Positions 48,164 to 57,804 of a stretch of DNA of 64,000 bases are shown piece by piece. The stretch is from a virus. The stretch's first letter is position 1; the number at the start of each line of letters is the position of its first letter. The DNA is taken from positions 1 through 64,000 of IMG/VR virus record IMGVR_UViG_3300009506_000014; one strand, 5' to 3'. The notes beneath the pieces were generated by a model. That model saw nothing but the letters and a program-made list of their open reading frames with translations, had not been told where the DNA came from and made no database searches. The translations under genes and the position numbers were made by a program.

Positions 48164-48361
48164 CTATTTTCGTTTGGCTCTTCTCATACATATATATGTA
48201 ATGGTTTGTCTATACACTCTTACTCCGGCGAATGTTCTTGCAAATCTCATGGCTGCTTCCTCACAGGTATAAACATTGTCACCGGACATATAATGGTAAT
48301 CGGAAAAATGTTCCATGACATCTTCAAATGTGACTATTGTTAGTTTAAGTGGTTCGTTCAT
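48164..48361 (-). CDS. Hypothetical protein
   Basis: GAGG RBS, 65 aa. Confidence 0.5.
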   Translation of the reverse strand: MNEPLKLTIVTFEDVMEHFSDYHYMSGDNVYTCEEAAMRFARTFAGVRVYRQTITYICMRRAKRK

Positions 48362-48549
48362 TTTATTATCCTCTCATGTAAATAGATATAAGAAACAGTC
48401 AACACAATAAGGCATTGTGACTGTCTCCGCTCAAAAAATATCGGATGGGTGACTACTCTTTCATTGAAACTCAGGGGGAGTATCAGCCCCAAGGACGTAA
48501 ATTTCAACTACTCAATCCGTTGCACCCATCCGTGTCACCTTTCTTGATT

Positions 48550-49908
48550 TTATGCTGCTAATATGCTTGTGTTGTTTGCATCAAACATTACTGTTTTACC
48601 AAACGGTAATTTTCTATCTTTCGTTTTGGTCACCCAAAGAACCGGATAGCTCGGTTCGCGTTCCGGGAATGTTCCGTATGTATCGGTGAAGTATATTAGA
48701 CAGGCCGGGGTGAGTCCCCTCTTCTGTACTCTTTCAAATACAGGTCTGAAATCTGTCCCACCATATATTTGTTTTGGATTCGGTTTGATGGGAAGGTCTG
48801 AGGTTCTGTATGTCTCTTCGTTTGTTATTTGGTCGTCACAATATATCAGTTGTACCGTTGTATCGTAGGCTGATAATATCTGTGACACTTCCTTCAGGAA
48901 TATGGCAAGTTGAATCTCATCAATACTTCCCGAAGTATCTACTGCAATGACTATCTCAGGTAACTCATCCGAACAAATACCGGGGACATATAAACCCCTT
49001 TGTAAATAGTTTCGGTCAGGGACTTCCCACATATAGTCATTACGTGCATTCGTTTCTACGAAGTCCCTCAGTATCACATACCAAGGCAAAGGTGGATTTT
49101 GAATCTCTTCAACAGCCCGGTCTAAACTTGGGAATGCTTGACCTTTTTTCTGAGCAGCTTTATAAGCCATCGTGACAGCTTGCTGCCATTGAGCAAGCTG
49201 CTCTTTTAGGTCACTCTCATCAAGGATGTCAGCATCTTCAACACCACCACAACCACCGGGGTCGGGACAGGTATTGGTATCATCATCACACATGCCGGAA
49301 TCGGAGTCACCATCTTGCTCGTCTTGGTCTTCATCTTCATCTTCAGGTTCTCCGTCACCTTCTTCTTGTTCTTCTTCGTCTTCTTGTTCTTCAGGTTCTC
49401 CGTTATCCTGACCGCTGCCGGACTGTGACTCGTCTGAGCTTTCCTGCTCTTCTTGTTCTTGTTCTTTTTGCTCTTGCTCTTCCTGTTGTTTGCGTTCCAA
49501 GTCACTGTATATCTCTTCTGCTGTCATTCCTCGGTACATTGAATCATACAAACAACCTTCAATGAGCTTGAAGCCAGCGTCACTGAGTATCGGATTAATG
49601 GCATAATCGGTAGCCATATTCCAGAGATATGTATCCCGGCCATTCCTTCTCAGGTGAGTCCCCATAGCACAGTGCATTACTTCATGGGCAAGAACAAACT
49701 GCACCCTATCATCATCAAGTGACTCAATGAATCTCGGATTGTATTTAATACGCTTGCCATTAACGCAAGCTGTTTCGATTGAGACATCTTCGAGAAGTTC
49801 TAATCTCATGGCAAGATGTCCCCAAAAGCAATGGTCGAGAACAAGTCCCAACCTTTGCTGAATAATTCTCAACATCTGTTTGGTTTGTTTTTGTGTTGTA
49901 GGTGACAT
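48550..49908 (-). CDS. DUF2201-type metallopeptidase-like + vWA protein
   Basis: HEVMH (HExxH), acidic linker, MIDAS DTSGS, GGTDF, YFTD; start at MSP after AGGAG. Confidence 0.88.
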   Translation of the reverse strand: MSPTTQKQTKQMLRIIQQRLGLVLDHCFWGHLAMRLELLEDVSIETACVNGKRIKYNPRFIESLDDDRVQFVLAHEVMHCAMGTHLRRNGRDTYLWNMATDYAINPILSDAGFKLIEGCLYDSMYRGMTAEEIYSDLERKQQEEQEQKEQEQEEQESSDESQSGSGQDNGEPEEQEDEEEQEEGDGEPEDEDEDQDEQDGDSDSGMCDDDTNTCPDPGGCGGVEDADILDESDLKEQLAQWQQAVTMAYKAAQKKGQAFPSLDRAVEEIQNPPLPWYVILRDFVETNARNDYMWEVPDRNYLQRGLYVPGICSDELPEIVIAVDTSGSIDEIQLAIFLKEVSQILSAYDTTVQLIYCDDQITNEETYRTSDLPIKPNPKQIYGGTDFRPVFERVQKRGLTPACLIYFTDTYGTFPEREPSYPVLWVTKTKDRKLPFGKTVMFDANNTSILAA

Positions 49909-49922
49909 TTTATTTCTCCTTT

Positions 49923-50969
49923 TTATGCAGCACCCTTGAAGAGCATTTTCGGGTGGTCGGTGACCCACTTGATGTAGGCTTTGGTTTCTCTTACTTTGGG
50001 ACAGGCAGTGTCAATACCTGCAACGAAAACTGCTGCGAAGTCAATCTCCATACGCTCAAGGTACTTGAAGATATTCTCGGCGTTTGCTTTGGTTGCTTTG
50101 CTGAGCAGAGTTGTGACTATTGCCCACTTTGCATCGGGGCTGCTTGGGACAGGTTCTTTAGTCGGGTTCTTCAGGATGTTTTCAAGATTTGGCAGTGACC
50201 TGTAAACTTTAAGGAAGCCACAGAATGCTACGGCTGCTGCGTGACCTACTGCACCTTCTATCACTGAGAATTTATCAACGCCAAGTTTCAACCAGTCACT
50301 TACTGCTTCCCATTGCCTTGGTGACGGATGGTTTACAATATCCATTGTCCCTTCCTCAGTGGCAAGTAGTTCAGGCATCCAGTTTATGAAGCTGATAACT
50401 TCCATTGCAATGTCATGCTCATAAGCCCATACTACCCAATCCTCTTTTTTAACGGCAAGCTCAATAATCGTTTTGAACCGTGACTTCACTGGCTCAATCA
50501 TCCCGGAGACATGAGCAAAGTCTTGTTTGCGATTCGTACAAGCAATGAACACTACATGGGGACTGATGTTTTTGCCGTTGCTTCTTATCAACTGCATAAG
50601 TGACGCTTGGGTTGCTGGCGGAGCTTGGCCCATGTCATCAATAAAGTATATGGTAAGCTTCTTTGCATCCTGAGCAGCTTCGAGATTTCCGAAGGGGACA
50701 AATCTGGCTTTGACTTTGCCCTTTTCATTTATGATAGCCCCAAGTCCCTTGTAATCAATTGGGCTATCGTGGACGGGTGTGGATATGATAATGTCACATT
50801 TCAGGGCTTTGCGTACAGCTAAAACGACATCTGTTTTACCAATGCCGGGCATCCCGGTAATCAGTACAGACATCTTGTTGGGGACAGCAATCATTAAAAG
50901 ATTGAAAAGCTCTTGTGGGGACATTGTTGATGTTGTATCGGTACTTGAATTTGAATAGTTAGGTGACAT
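49923..50969 (-). CDS. MoxR-like AAA+ ATPase
   Basis: GMPGIGKT, FIDD, ACTNR, KSRF, PSPRQWE. Confidence 0.88.
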   Translation of the reverse strand: MSPNYSNSSTDTTSTMSPQELFNLLMIAVPNKMSVLITGMPGIGKTDVVLAVRKALKCDIIISTPVHDSPIDYKGLGAIINEKGKVKARFVPFGNLEAAQDAKKLTIYFIDDMGQAPPATQASLMQLIRSNGKNISPHVVFIACTNRKQDFAHVSGMIEPVKSRFKTIIELAVKKEDWVVWAYEHDIAMEVISFINWMPELLATEEGTMDIVNHPSPRQWEAVSDWLKLGVDKFSVIEGAVGHAAAVAFCGFLKVYRSLPNLENILKNPTKEPVPSSPDAKWAIVTTLLSKATKANAENIFKYLERMEIDFAAVFVAGIDTACPKVRETKAYIKWVTDHPKMLFKGAA

Positions 50970-51029
50970 TTTGTTTCTCCTTTAGGATAGTGTGACAGGA
51001 ATCATCCCGTCACACGGTTGTTGGTTTGA

Positions 51030-51911
51030 TTAAAGTTCGATACCTGAAGAATTGATTTTCTTCATAATTTCTTTTGCTGATTTGACAGCCTTGGCTCTGT
51101 CACTTTTACTCTCTCTCAAATCTATCGGTTTGAGATTTGCAAGCTTGGCAATGACTTCGGTTCTGATTTTATCAAGGTTATCGTCACCGATGAAATCCAT
51201 CTTGGGGACTAACTTGCAGAAATCGGCAAGGTTGGTAATCAAAGAGTCACGGAATATGGCTTTGGGGTCACTCAAGGTCTTTTCAACCTTGCCAATTAAA
51301 TCAGCCAGTTGATTCCAAAGGTCACTCATGGCTTTCTGTGTCGCTGCATTGATGCTGGCTTCAACTTTTGCTTTAATCTCTTCGGCTTCTTCAGAGCCAA
51401 CATCGACTCTGAAGTCATTGACATCGGGCATCGGGTAGATATCCTGATGTACTGCAAATTTGTCACGAAGTTCAGAGACACTTGGAATGTAGCCTTCATA
51501 ATCTTTCCAAAGTGACCCAAAATCTTTTTTTCGGTTTTCAATGATAGTTGGAAATCTTTTCAAAAATGCTTCGACCGCTTTGTTGTAGTCATTGACAACT
51601 GAATTCATTTTTTCTCGGTATTCCATAAACATCTTACTTGGCAGAATCCGAACACCGCCATCCATCCAAGGCAGTGTTAAGTTTGTCCACGTGTATCGAA
51701 TTCGTGTCCTCAACTCAGCGACAGGTTTAAGCTCGGTCTGAGGGATGAGCTTATCAATCCAGTGACCAACATCATTAGTTGCATTCTTAGCTATCACGAC
51801 TTCCCTTGTGACCTTCTTGTTCTTCTTTGCTCCGCTCCAATAGCTTACTCTGATATGTGTAAGCATTGCACGTTCACTTAATCTACTTGATTTTTTTGTT
51901 TTAGGTGACAT
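51030..51911 (-). CDS. DUF3150-like protein
   Basis: TLPWMDGGVRILP…Y…PS…LRDKF pattern; usual neighbour of AAA/vWA pair. Confidence 0.6.
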   Translation of the reverse strand: MSPKTKKSSRLSERAMLTHIRVSYWSGAKKNKKVTREVVIAKNATNDVGHWIDKLIPQTELKPVAELRTRIRYTWTNLTLPWMDGGVRILPSKMFMEYREKMNSVVNDYNKAVEAFLKRFPTIIENRKKDFGSLWKDYEGYIPSVSELRDKFAVHQDIYPMPDVNDFRVDVGSEEAEEIKAKVEASINAATQKAMSDLWNQLADLIGKVEKTLSDPKAIFRDSLITNLADFCKLVPKMDFIGDDNLDKIRTEVIAKLANLKPIDLRESKSDRAKAVKSAKEIMKKINSSGIEL

Positions 51912-51990
51912 TTTGTTTCTCCTTTTAAGGAATGGGACAGACAGGATTATCTGTCCCGGTTAATGTTGTTAGGTGACAATTTTATGTTTG

Positions 51991-52356
51991 TTACTGATGT
52001 GCCCCGCAGTAGTCACAGACTTTAACACCATAGCCAACAAACTCATCACATCGTTTGCAGTTATATTGTATCCATCCACAGTGGTGACATGTTTCTTCTG
52101 TAACATCAATGTGTCTCTCACAATGGGCACACCGATGAGTTTCCAGTGCAAGGTTGTGTAATTCATTTTCATTGAATCTTACATACTCATAAAGTCCCCG
52201 TTTGGTGGAGACTTCAACTCGGTCGGGACGTCGTTTCCAAGTTTTGGGCTTGCCGATGACTTTGTACTTGGCAGGTGACCCATCGGCGTTTTCTAATATC
52301 AGGTGATAAAGGATTTGTCCATACTTCAAATTTTTGGCTTGTTCTAAAGTAATCAT
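51991..52356 (-). CDS. Hypothetical protein with C-terminal double zinc ribbon
   Basis: Four CxxC motifs; GGAGAAACAAAATG start. Confidence 0.6.
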   Translation of the reverse strand: MITLEQAKNLKYGQILYHLILENADGSPAKYKVIGKPKTWKRRPDRVEVSTKRGLYEYVRFNENELHNLALETHRCAHCERHIDVTEETCHHCGWIQYNCKRCDEFVGYGVKVCDYCGAHQ

Positions 52357-52395
52357 TTTGTTTCTCCGTGACTAAGGGTTGGTATTGACATTTGT

Positions 52396-52692
52396 TTATT
52401 TGATTGTAACTTTGTGACCTTTGTTGAATGTGTAAGTTAGTGTGCCCGGCTTGTGACCCTCGACAGTGTTGATTGTGCATTGCACCGTAAACTTTTTGAC
52501 ACAGTGAAATTTCTTATCGACAGTAACCTTCGGGTTGTGTAATTCTGTACACCAGTGACAGTTTCCAGCGAGTCCCCGTCTAATCCAGCCGATTGCTGAA
52601 TTAATCCAGAAAGCATCAACTTTGTTGTGACGTAGGAAATCCGTTATCTTTTCGATATTTGACATTTTATCAATTTGTTTTTTAGGTGACAT
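52396..52692 (-). CDS. First early gene, hypothetical
   Basis: Start at AGGAGAAACAAAATGTCACC. Confidence 0.6.
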   Translation of the reverse strand: MSPKKQIDKMSNIEKITDFLRHNKVDAFWINSAIGWIRRGLAGNCHWCTELHNPKVTVDKKFHCVKKFTVQCTINTVEGHKPGTLTYTFNKGHKVTIK

Positions 52693-52791
52693 TTTGTTTC
52701 TCCTGAAAATTGGTGGTTGGTAATCTAATAAGGAACGCACACATGCACGCACGCATTATGCACGCACGCACACGCGAGACGTGACATTTAA

Positions 52792-52831
52792 GCCCTTGTA
52801 TCGGAGTCGAACCGATGAGCCGTTCAAGGGC
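52792..52831 (-). ncRNA. tRNA-like minihelix (acceptor-like stem plus T-arm) in the early leader
   Basis: Minus strand GCCCTTG-AACGGCTC-ATCGG-TTCGACT-CCGAT-A-CAAGGGC. Confidence 0.55.
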
Positions 52832-53165
52832 ATTGAATATTTTGTGGTGACTTTCGCTTTGTCGGATTTTAGCATCCGTTTTAACTTGCCGCCCTGCATC
52901 GCAGTGACGACCAACGAGTATTGCTTCAGGGGCTATCGACTATCATCAGCATAGCTTGACGCTTGGTACTTGTGGGACATCCGATTATCGCAACCGTATG
53001 TGCTTCAACGCTCCTGCGAGCGTGACCTTCTGCATCCGTTTCAGTGACTTCTATTTTTTACTCCGGCATTCCAATTTTCGATTTTGGCCCTGAGCTTGAA
53101 AACCACCTTCCCGGCTTCGTTTTGCATCATATTATTAACTTTTCAATAACATCTTATTTATACAT

Positions 53166-53209
53166 ATTATCGTCTAAATAAGACTAAAAATCAAGTAAAA
53201 TCTTGTCAA
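53166..53209 (-). promoter_or_regulatory. Overlapping sigma70-type early promoters (leftward)
   Basis: TTGACA-N17-TAGTCT and TTGATT-N17-GATAAT on the minus strand. Confidence 0.6.
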
Positions 53210-53307
53210 TATTATAAAATAGTTGAAAATCGCTGTTTTTGGCCTAAAAACCGGGCTTTTTGGCATAAAAAAATATTGGACAAATTAATACAACGGATGT
53301 TATATGC

Positions 53308-53336
53308 TTGCAATCGTGACTCGTTTGTGATATACT
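53308..53336 (+). promoter_or_regulatory. Sigma70-type promoter toward the terminase operon
   Basis: TTGCAA-N17-TATACT. Confidence 0.6.
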
Positions 53337-53339
53337 ATT

Positions 53340-53540
53340 AAAAATAATCGTTGTTTTTAGGCTAAAAACACGGTTTTTCGGGTATCCACCCCCGAAAAGT
53401 GCCCTGAAAATGCGGTTTTTTGTGTCATTCTTAGTCACAATACCCCATTTTTGGCCTGAAAATGCGGTTTTTGGCGTCACAAGTCCTGTTTTTGGGCTGA
53501 AAATGAAGATTTTAGGCGTCACAAATAGAAAAGTCACGTA
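53340..53540. repeat. Phased A/T-tract repeats upstream of terS (candidate pac region)
   Basis: ctgaaaatg…tttt…gtca three times (about 53404, 53456, 53497). Confidence 0.55.
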
Positions 53541-53566
53541 TCAGCATATATGGAGATAGGCTGAAT

Positions 53567-54343
53567 ATGGCAAAAAAGAAATGGAGTGACAAGTTAGTAA
53601 TCAAGGCGTATGAGTACGCATACGCGGGACTTCGCAACGGTCAAATCGCAAGGACATTTGGCATCAGTAAAAACCGTTTTGCCGATTGGAAAAAGCTTCA
53701 TCCTCTTTTTGCTTATGCTCTGAAACGGGCAAGAAAAAAACGTGACAAGGAGAACGGCGAGTCAATGAGTTTTCGTGACTATGTATATCAGCAACTTCCT
53801 GACAATATACAGAAAGTATGGGATGAAGTCACGGAGCTTGATGAAGCGGAATCCGGTCAAGCTGCCATTGAAGCTCTTTTGTCACAACACGGAAAACGAG
53901 TCAGACAAAATATATTTGTTCATGCTATGGTGTCATCAAATTTCTCGCTGAGCCAGTCACTTAAAAGGGCCAATATAAGTAAAGCAACTTTGGACTATTG
54001 GAAAAAGAATGAGCCTGAGTTTGCTGTCCTCATCGAAGAGCTAAACTGGCATAAAAAGAATTTCTTTGAAGACCACTTGGCGACATTGGTTGCTGGTGGT
54101 GATTCTGCCGCTACGATATTCGCTAACCGTTCTTTCAATGCAGACCGGGGCTATGGAGATAAGCAAAGAGTTGATGTCAATGTGAATGCACAGATTGAAA
54201 CGTCAACACCATTATCGCTTGAAGAGCTTGACTTGCCCCCGGAGCTATTGAAACAGATTTTAGACCATATACGTCATAAAAAGATTATCGAATCCAAGGT
54301 AGTCACGGAAAAGAAAAAACTATTGGAAGCAGGAGCGGCATAA
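53567..54343 (+). CDS. Terminase small subunit (putative)
   Basis: Two HTH-like segments; RGYG motif; upstream of large terminase. Confidence 0.7.
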   Translation: MAKKKWSDKLVIKAYEYAYAGLRNGQIARTFGISKNRFADWKKLHPLFAYALKRARKKRDKENGESMSFRDYVYQQLPDNIQKVWDEVTELDEAESGQAAIEALLSQHGKRVRQNIFVHAMVSSNFSLSQSLKRANISKATLDYWKKNEPEFAVLIEELNWHKKNFFEDHLATLVAGGDSAATIFANRSFNADRGYGDKQRVDVNVNAQIETSTPLSLEELDLPPELLKQILDHIRHKKIIESKVVTEKKKLLEAGAA

Positions 54344-54360
54344 TTATAAGGAGTCACGAA

Positions 54361-54633
54361 ATGTTCAGGACAATTAAAAGATGGCTCGGCATAAAACGGC
54401 CTGAGTATTATATCAGGATTGTAACTGCTATGGTCACGATTGAAGTCAAAGCAGAAAGTAAAAACGACTTGGATTATTTGGTCACGGAGCATCTGGACAA
54501 GCTGGTTCTAAAAGCAAAGGAAGTTGCTCAGGATGTCATTGCCGAACAAAAAAGCGTATGTGCAAAAGAAGTTAATAAAAGTATGATGTTGTCAACACCA
54601 ATAAGAAGTGGAATTACTACGGGCAGAGCATGA
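54361..54633 (+). CDS. Hypothetical protein
   Basis: AGGAG RBS; stop overlaps terL start. Confidence 0.6.
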   Translation: MFRTIKRWLGIKRPEYYIRIVTAMVTIEVKAESKNDLDYLVTEHLDKLVLKAKEVAQDVIAEQKSVCAKEVNKSMMLSTPIRSGITTGRA

Positions 54634-56186
54634 AAGATAAAATGACACGTAGGGATTTACTTAAAGCCGGGGCTATGGCTGCCATTGGAGTGGGTGTCTC
54701 GTCACTTTCAGAGGAAGATAAGGCTTTAAGCAGTAGTCTTTCCGTCACGGAGATAGATGCAATCCGAGCCTATACGAGACAGTCCTTTTACGGCTTCGTC
54801 CAAGAATTTTGGGATACTGTCATTCCTGAAAGTCCCGTATGGAATTGGCATATTGAATACTTGTGTAATGAATTGCAGTTTATTGCCGAACGTGTGTTTG
54901 AGGGACTTCCAAAGCTTTACGACCTTGTTATTAATATAAGTCCCGGTAGTACCAAGTCAACGATATGCAGCATCATGTTTCCTGCATGGGTGTGGACAAG
55001 AATGGCGTCAGCCCGAATTATTTGTGCATCGTATGCTTACAACCTTGCAATGGATTTGTCTCGTAAGAATCGTGACGTTGTATTATCTGAAAGGTATCAA
55101 GCGTGTTTTCCTGAATTACAACTACGTGACGACCAATCGGCAAAGAGCTATTTCATTAATCGGCTTGGCGGTTCAAGATATTCGGTTGGTGTTGGTGGCT
55201 CTGTGACAGGTCTGCACGCTCATTTTCTTTTTGTTGATGACCCATTAGACCCAAATGAAGCTGTCTCTGAAGCGGATTTGAAAACAGCAAACCGATGGAT
55301 GAAAGAGACACTACCCACGAGAAAAGTCAACAAGCTGATTACGCCTACAATTTTAATCATGCAGAGACTCCATCAGGATGACCCTGCACAGAATATGATT
55401 GACAGGGCTGAAGAGGGTGGAGCTAAAGTAAGGCATATATGTCTCCCCGGCGAATTGACAGAGGATGTCAAGCCAAAAGAGTTAAGAGCCAAATATGTTG
55501 ACGGCTTGATGGATGTAAACAGGTTAGACCGACAAGTGCTGAAAGAAATGTATGTCGCCTTGGGTGAGTATGGATATGCAGGGCAGATATTACAACGTCC
55601 TGTCCCGTTAGGCGGTGGTATGTTCAAGACCGACAAAATCAGAATAGTCGATGCTCCCCCTTGTAAAGTCATAAGATGTATTCGATATTGGGACAAAGCA
55701 GCGTCACACAACAAAGGGGCTTTTACAGTTGGGGCTTTATTATGTGAAGATGAAAAGGGATGCACAGGGATACTTGACATACAAAGGGGACAATGGGGTT
55801 CATACGAAAGAGAGTCACATATCTTGTCTACTGCACAGTTGGACGGGAAAAAAATTAGGATATGGATAGAGCAGGAGCCGGGCAGTGGTGGCAAGGACTC
55901 GGCAGAATATACAATAGGAAGTCTCCGGGGCTTCAGGGTGTTTGCTGAGAAAGTAGGGGCTTCAGAGGGCAGTAAGCAATTAAGAGCAGAACCGCTTGCG
56001 TCACAGGTCAATGCAGGAAATGTTTGGATGATACGAAGTGACTGGAATAAGGAATATATCAGTGAGTTGTCATTCTTTCCATTCTCAAAATACAAAGACC
56101 AAGTTGATGCGTCATCGGGTGCTTTTAACAAGTTGACAAAGAAACGAACAAGAATTGGTGGATATGGTAGAAGAAAAGGAACATGA
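54630..56186 (+). CDS. terL: Terminase large subunit
   Basis: WNWHI, ISPGSTKST Walker A, FVDDP Walker B, MQRLH, YWDKA, KDQVDA nuclease motifs. Confidence 0.93.
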   Translation: MKDKMTRRDLLKAGAMAAIGVGVSSLSEEDKALSSSLSVTEIDAIRAYTRQSFYGFVQEFWDTVIPESPVWNWHIEYLCNELQFIAERVFEGLPKLYDLVINISPGSTKSTICSIMFPAWVWTRMASARIICASYAYNLAMDLSRKNRDVVLSERYQACFPELQLRDDQSAKSYFINRLGGSRYSVGVGGSVTGLHAHFLFVDDPLDPNEAVSEADLKTANRWMKETLPTRKVNKLITPTILIMQRLHQDDPAQNMIDRAEEGGAKVRHICLPGELTEDVKPKELRAKYVDGLMDVNRLDRQVLKEMYVALGEYGYAGQILQRPVPLGGGMFKTDKIRIVDAPPCKVIRCIRYWDKAASHNKGAFTVGALLCEDEKGCTGILDIQRGQWGSYERESHILSTAQLDGKKIRIWIEQEPGSGGKDSAEYTIGSLRGFRVFAEKVGASEGSKQLRAEPLASQVNAGNVWMIRSDWNKEYISELSFFPFSKYKDQVDASSGAFNKLTKKRTRIGGYGRRKGT

Positions 56187-56187
56187 C

Positions 56188-56388
56188 ATGGCAAAAACAA
56201 TGGAGCAGAAAAATAATGTCCCGGACATTGGGGAAGTGCTTTACACCATTTTGGCAAATCAAGTGACAATTTTGGATTTATTAAAATGCTTCCATCGTCA
56301 CGATATAAATGGTATGAGTGAAATAAGTCAGCAGTTAATAAAGATGGACAGAACATCAAGAGACTTATTGAAAAGAATGCAATTATGA
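56188..56388 (+). CDS. Hypothetical protein
   Basis: Short ORF coupled to terL. Confidence 0.5.
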   Translation: MAKTMEQKNNVPDIGEVLYTILANQVTILDLLKCFHRHDINGMSEISQQLIKMDRTSRDLLKRMQL

Positions 56389-56942
56389 AAAATGACAAGA
56401 TAAAACGAAGAAGTTTTTTGCAAGGTCTTGCAGCCATTGTGACAACTGGGACTTTGGTAAAAAAGACCGAAGGCAAAGTGACAGAGCAGACGAAGACGAA
56501 AGAAATATTGCCGCCACCTTCATTTGCCCCAACTTACAGAGAAAATAAACCAGCGGAACACACAGAGCTTATGCCACCTATATGTATAAGTAGATGTGAG
56601 TTAAATGAGGGAGAGACGAGGTTGACATTCCGGGCTGGGGGACAGGAGTATTATATCTATCCTGATAAGATAGAAATGACATATCATTCATATTCAAGAC
56701 AAGTGACTCCAGATTATTGTGTTGTCAATTCTCCGGGATATATGGGGACAATGATAGTAAAAGGTTGGTTTGGTGGTGGTAGTCCCGGTGTGTGTATTGA
56801 AGATATGATAGGGAGAAGTGGTGACCTTGTTATTCGCAAGCTGGAAGAAGGTCACGAGTTTATTTGTAAAGCTTCGTTGGTTGAAGTTAGGATAGAAATT
56901 AGTCGATTAGTCACGGAGTTAATATTTTATATATATCAATAG
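56385..56942 (+). CDS. Hypothetical protein with twin-arginine-like N-terminus
   Basis: IKRRSFLQGLAAIVTTG. Confidence 0.6.
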   Translation: MKNDKIKRRSFLQGLAAIVTTGTLVKKTEGKVTEQTKTKEILPPPSFAPTYRENKPAEHTELMPPICISRCELNEGETRLTFRAGGQEYYIYPDKIEMTYHSYSRQVTPDYCVVNSPGYMGTMIVKGWFGGGSPGVCIEDMIGRSGDLVIRKLEEGHEFICKASLVEVRIEISRLVTELIFYIYQ

Positions 56943-56956
56943 GAAAGGACATTAGT

Positions 56957-57256
56957 ATGGAAAAGAAAATTGAACGGCGTGGATTTCTAAAGGGACTTAC
57001 CGGGGTGATAGCTGGAATTACAGTCGGTGCAAAAGCCGCATCTGTCACACCAACAAAAGAGCCTACAATTAGAAGTCCCGAACCAGCAGAAGAGTTTGAT
57101 GATGACATTTGGAATAAACTTGCAGAAGAGTTTGATGATGACAGTTGGATTAAACTTGATGAAGCAATTATTAAACATGGACGTGAACTGCTACAAAGAG
57201 TGATGGCCGGAAAGAGTCACAGTCGTTTCAAATCAAGAATACCAAAAAGGAGATAA
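56957..57256 (+). CDS. Hypothetical protein with twin-arginine-like signal
   Basis: IERRGFLKGLTGVIAGITVGAKA; internal 36-bp tandem repeat at 57086-57157. Confidence 0.6.
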   Translation: MEKKIERRGFLKGLTGVIAGITVGAKAASVTPTKEPTIRSPEPAEEFDDDIWNKLAEEFDDDSWIKLDEAIIKHGRELLQRVMAGKSHSRFKSRIPKRR

Positions 57257-57260
57257 ATAT

Positions 57261-57794
57261 ATGCTGACAAGAAGAAGTTTATTTAGAAGAGCCGGGGAAG
57301 CCATAGCCTATGTGACAGGCTGGTTATATATGACAAGCGGAGCAAAGCCGAAAAAGGAAAAAGCAGCAGAGCTTCCACAGTACAAAAGTTTTATCAGTAA
57401 CAAAATTTATGTCCCACCATTTGAAGTGACTGATAAAGATATTGTGGATTGTTTGGTCTATGCCAATTATCAGTTTAATCAATGGCTTAATTGTGGATTT
57501 GACAAACGTCATGAAATGCCTGTTCTTTATATGTCACAAAGATTCTATGACAATATGTGCCTATTGTACATTTCCAGATGGCCCAACCGGGCTATTTCAG
57601 ATAGTCACGTTATGGAATGCAGACATGAAGGTAATTTATGGGGACTTCAACAGGTTTTCAATTTGGATATAGAGATTGTCCCGGATGGTGTGATTGATTG
57701 GGGTGATGGCCCGGAATATAGTTGTTTCCTTACTTGTATTTCCTGTGAAGGGACAGCACAATCAAGAAATATGAAATATAAGAAAATAGATTAG
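57261..57794 (+). CDS. Hypothetical protein with twin-arginine-like N-terminus
   Basis: MLTRRSLFRRAG; AGGAG RBS. Confidence 0.55.
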   Translation: MLTRRSLFRRAGEAIAYVTGWLYMTSGAKPKKEKAAELPQYKSFISNKIYVPPFEVTDKDIVDCLVYANYQFNQWLNCGFDKRHEMPVLYMSQRFYDNMCLLYISRWPNRAISDSHVMECRHEGNLWGLQQVFNLDIEIVPDGVIDWGDGPEYSCFLTCISCEGTAQSRNMKYKKID

Positions 57795-57804
57795 GAGTCA
57801 CGAT

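Noticed and set aside
52792-52831. Bona fide tRNA gene
   Set aside because: Only 40 nt, with no D or anticodon arm; kept as a tRNA-like element.
53244-53537. 97-aa minus-strand ORF
   Set aside because: It overlaps promoters and phased repeats, and its sequence reflects the DNA repeat pattern.
55373-56476. 367-aa minus-strand ORF
   Set aside because: It is antisense to terL with no recognisable motifs.
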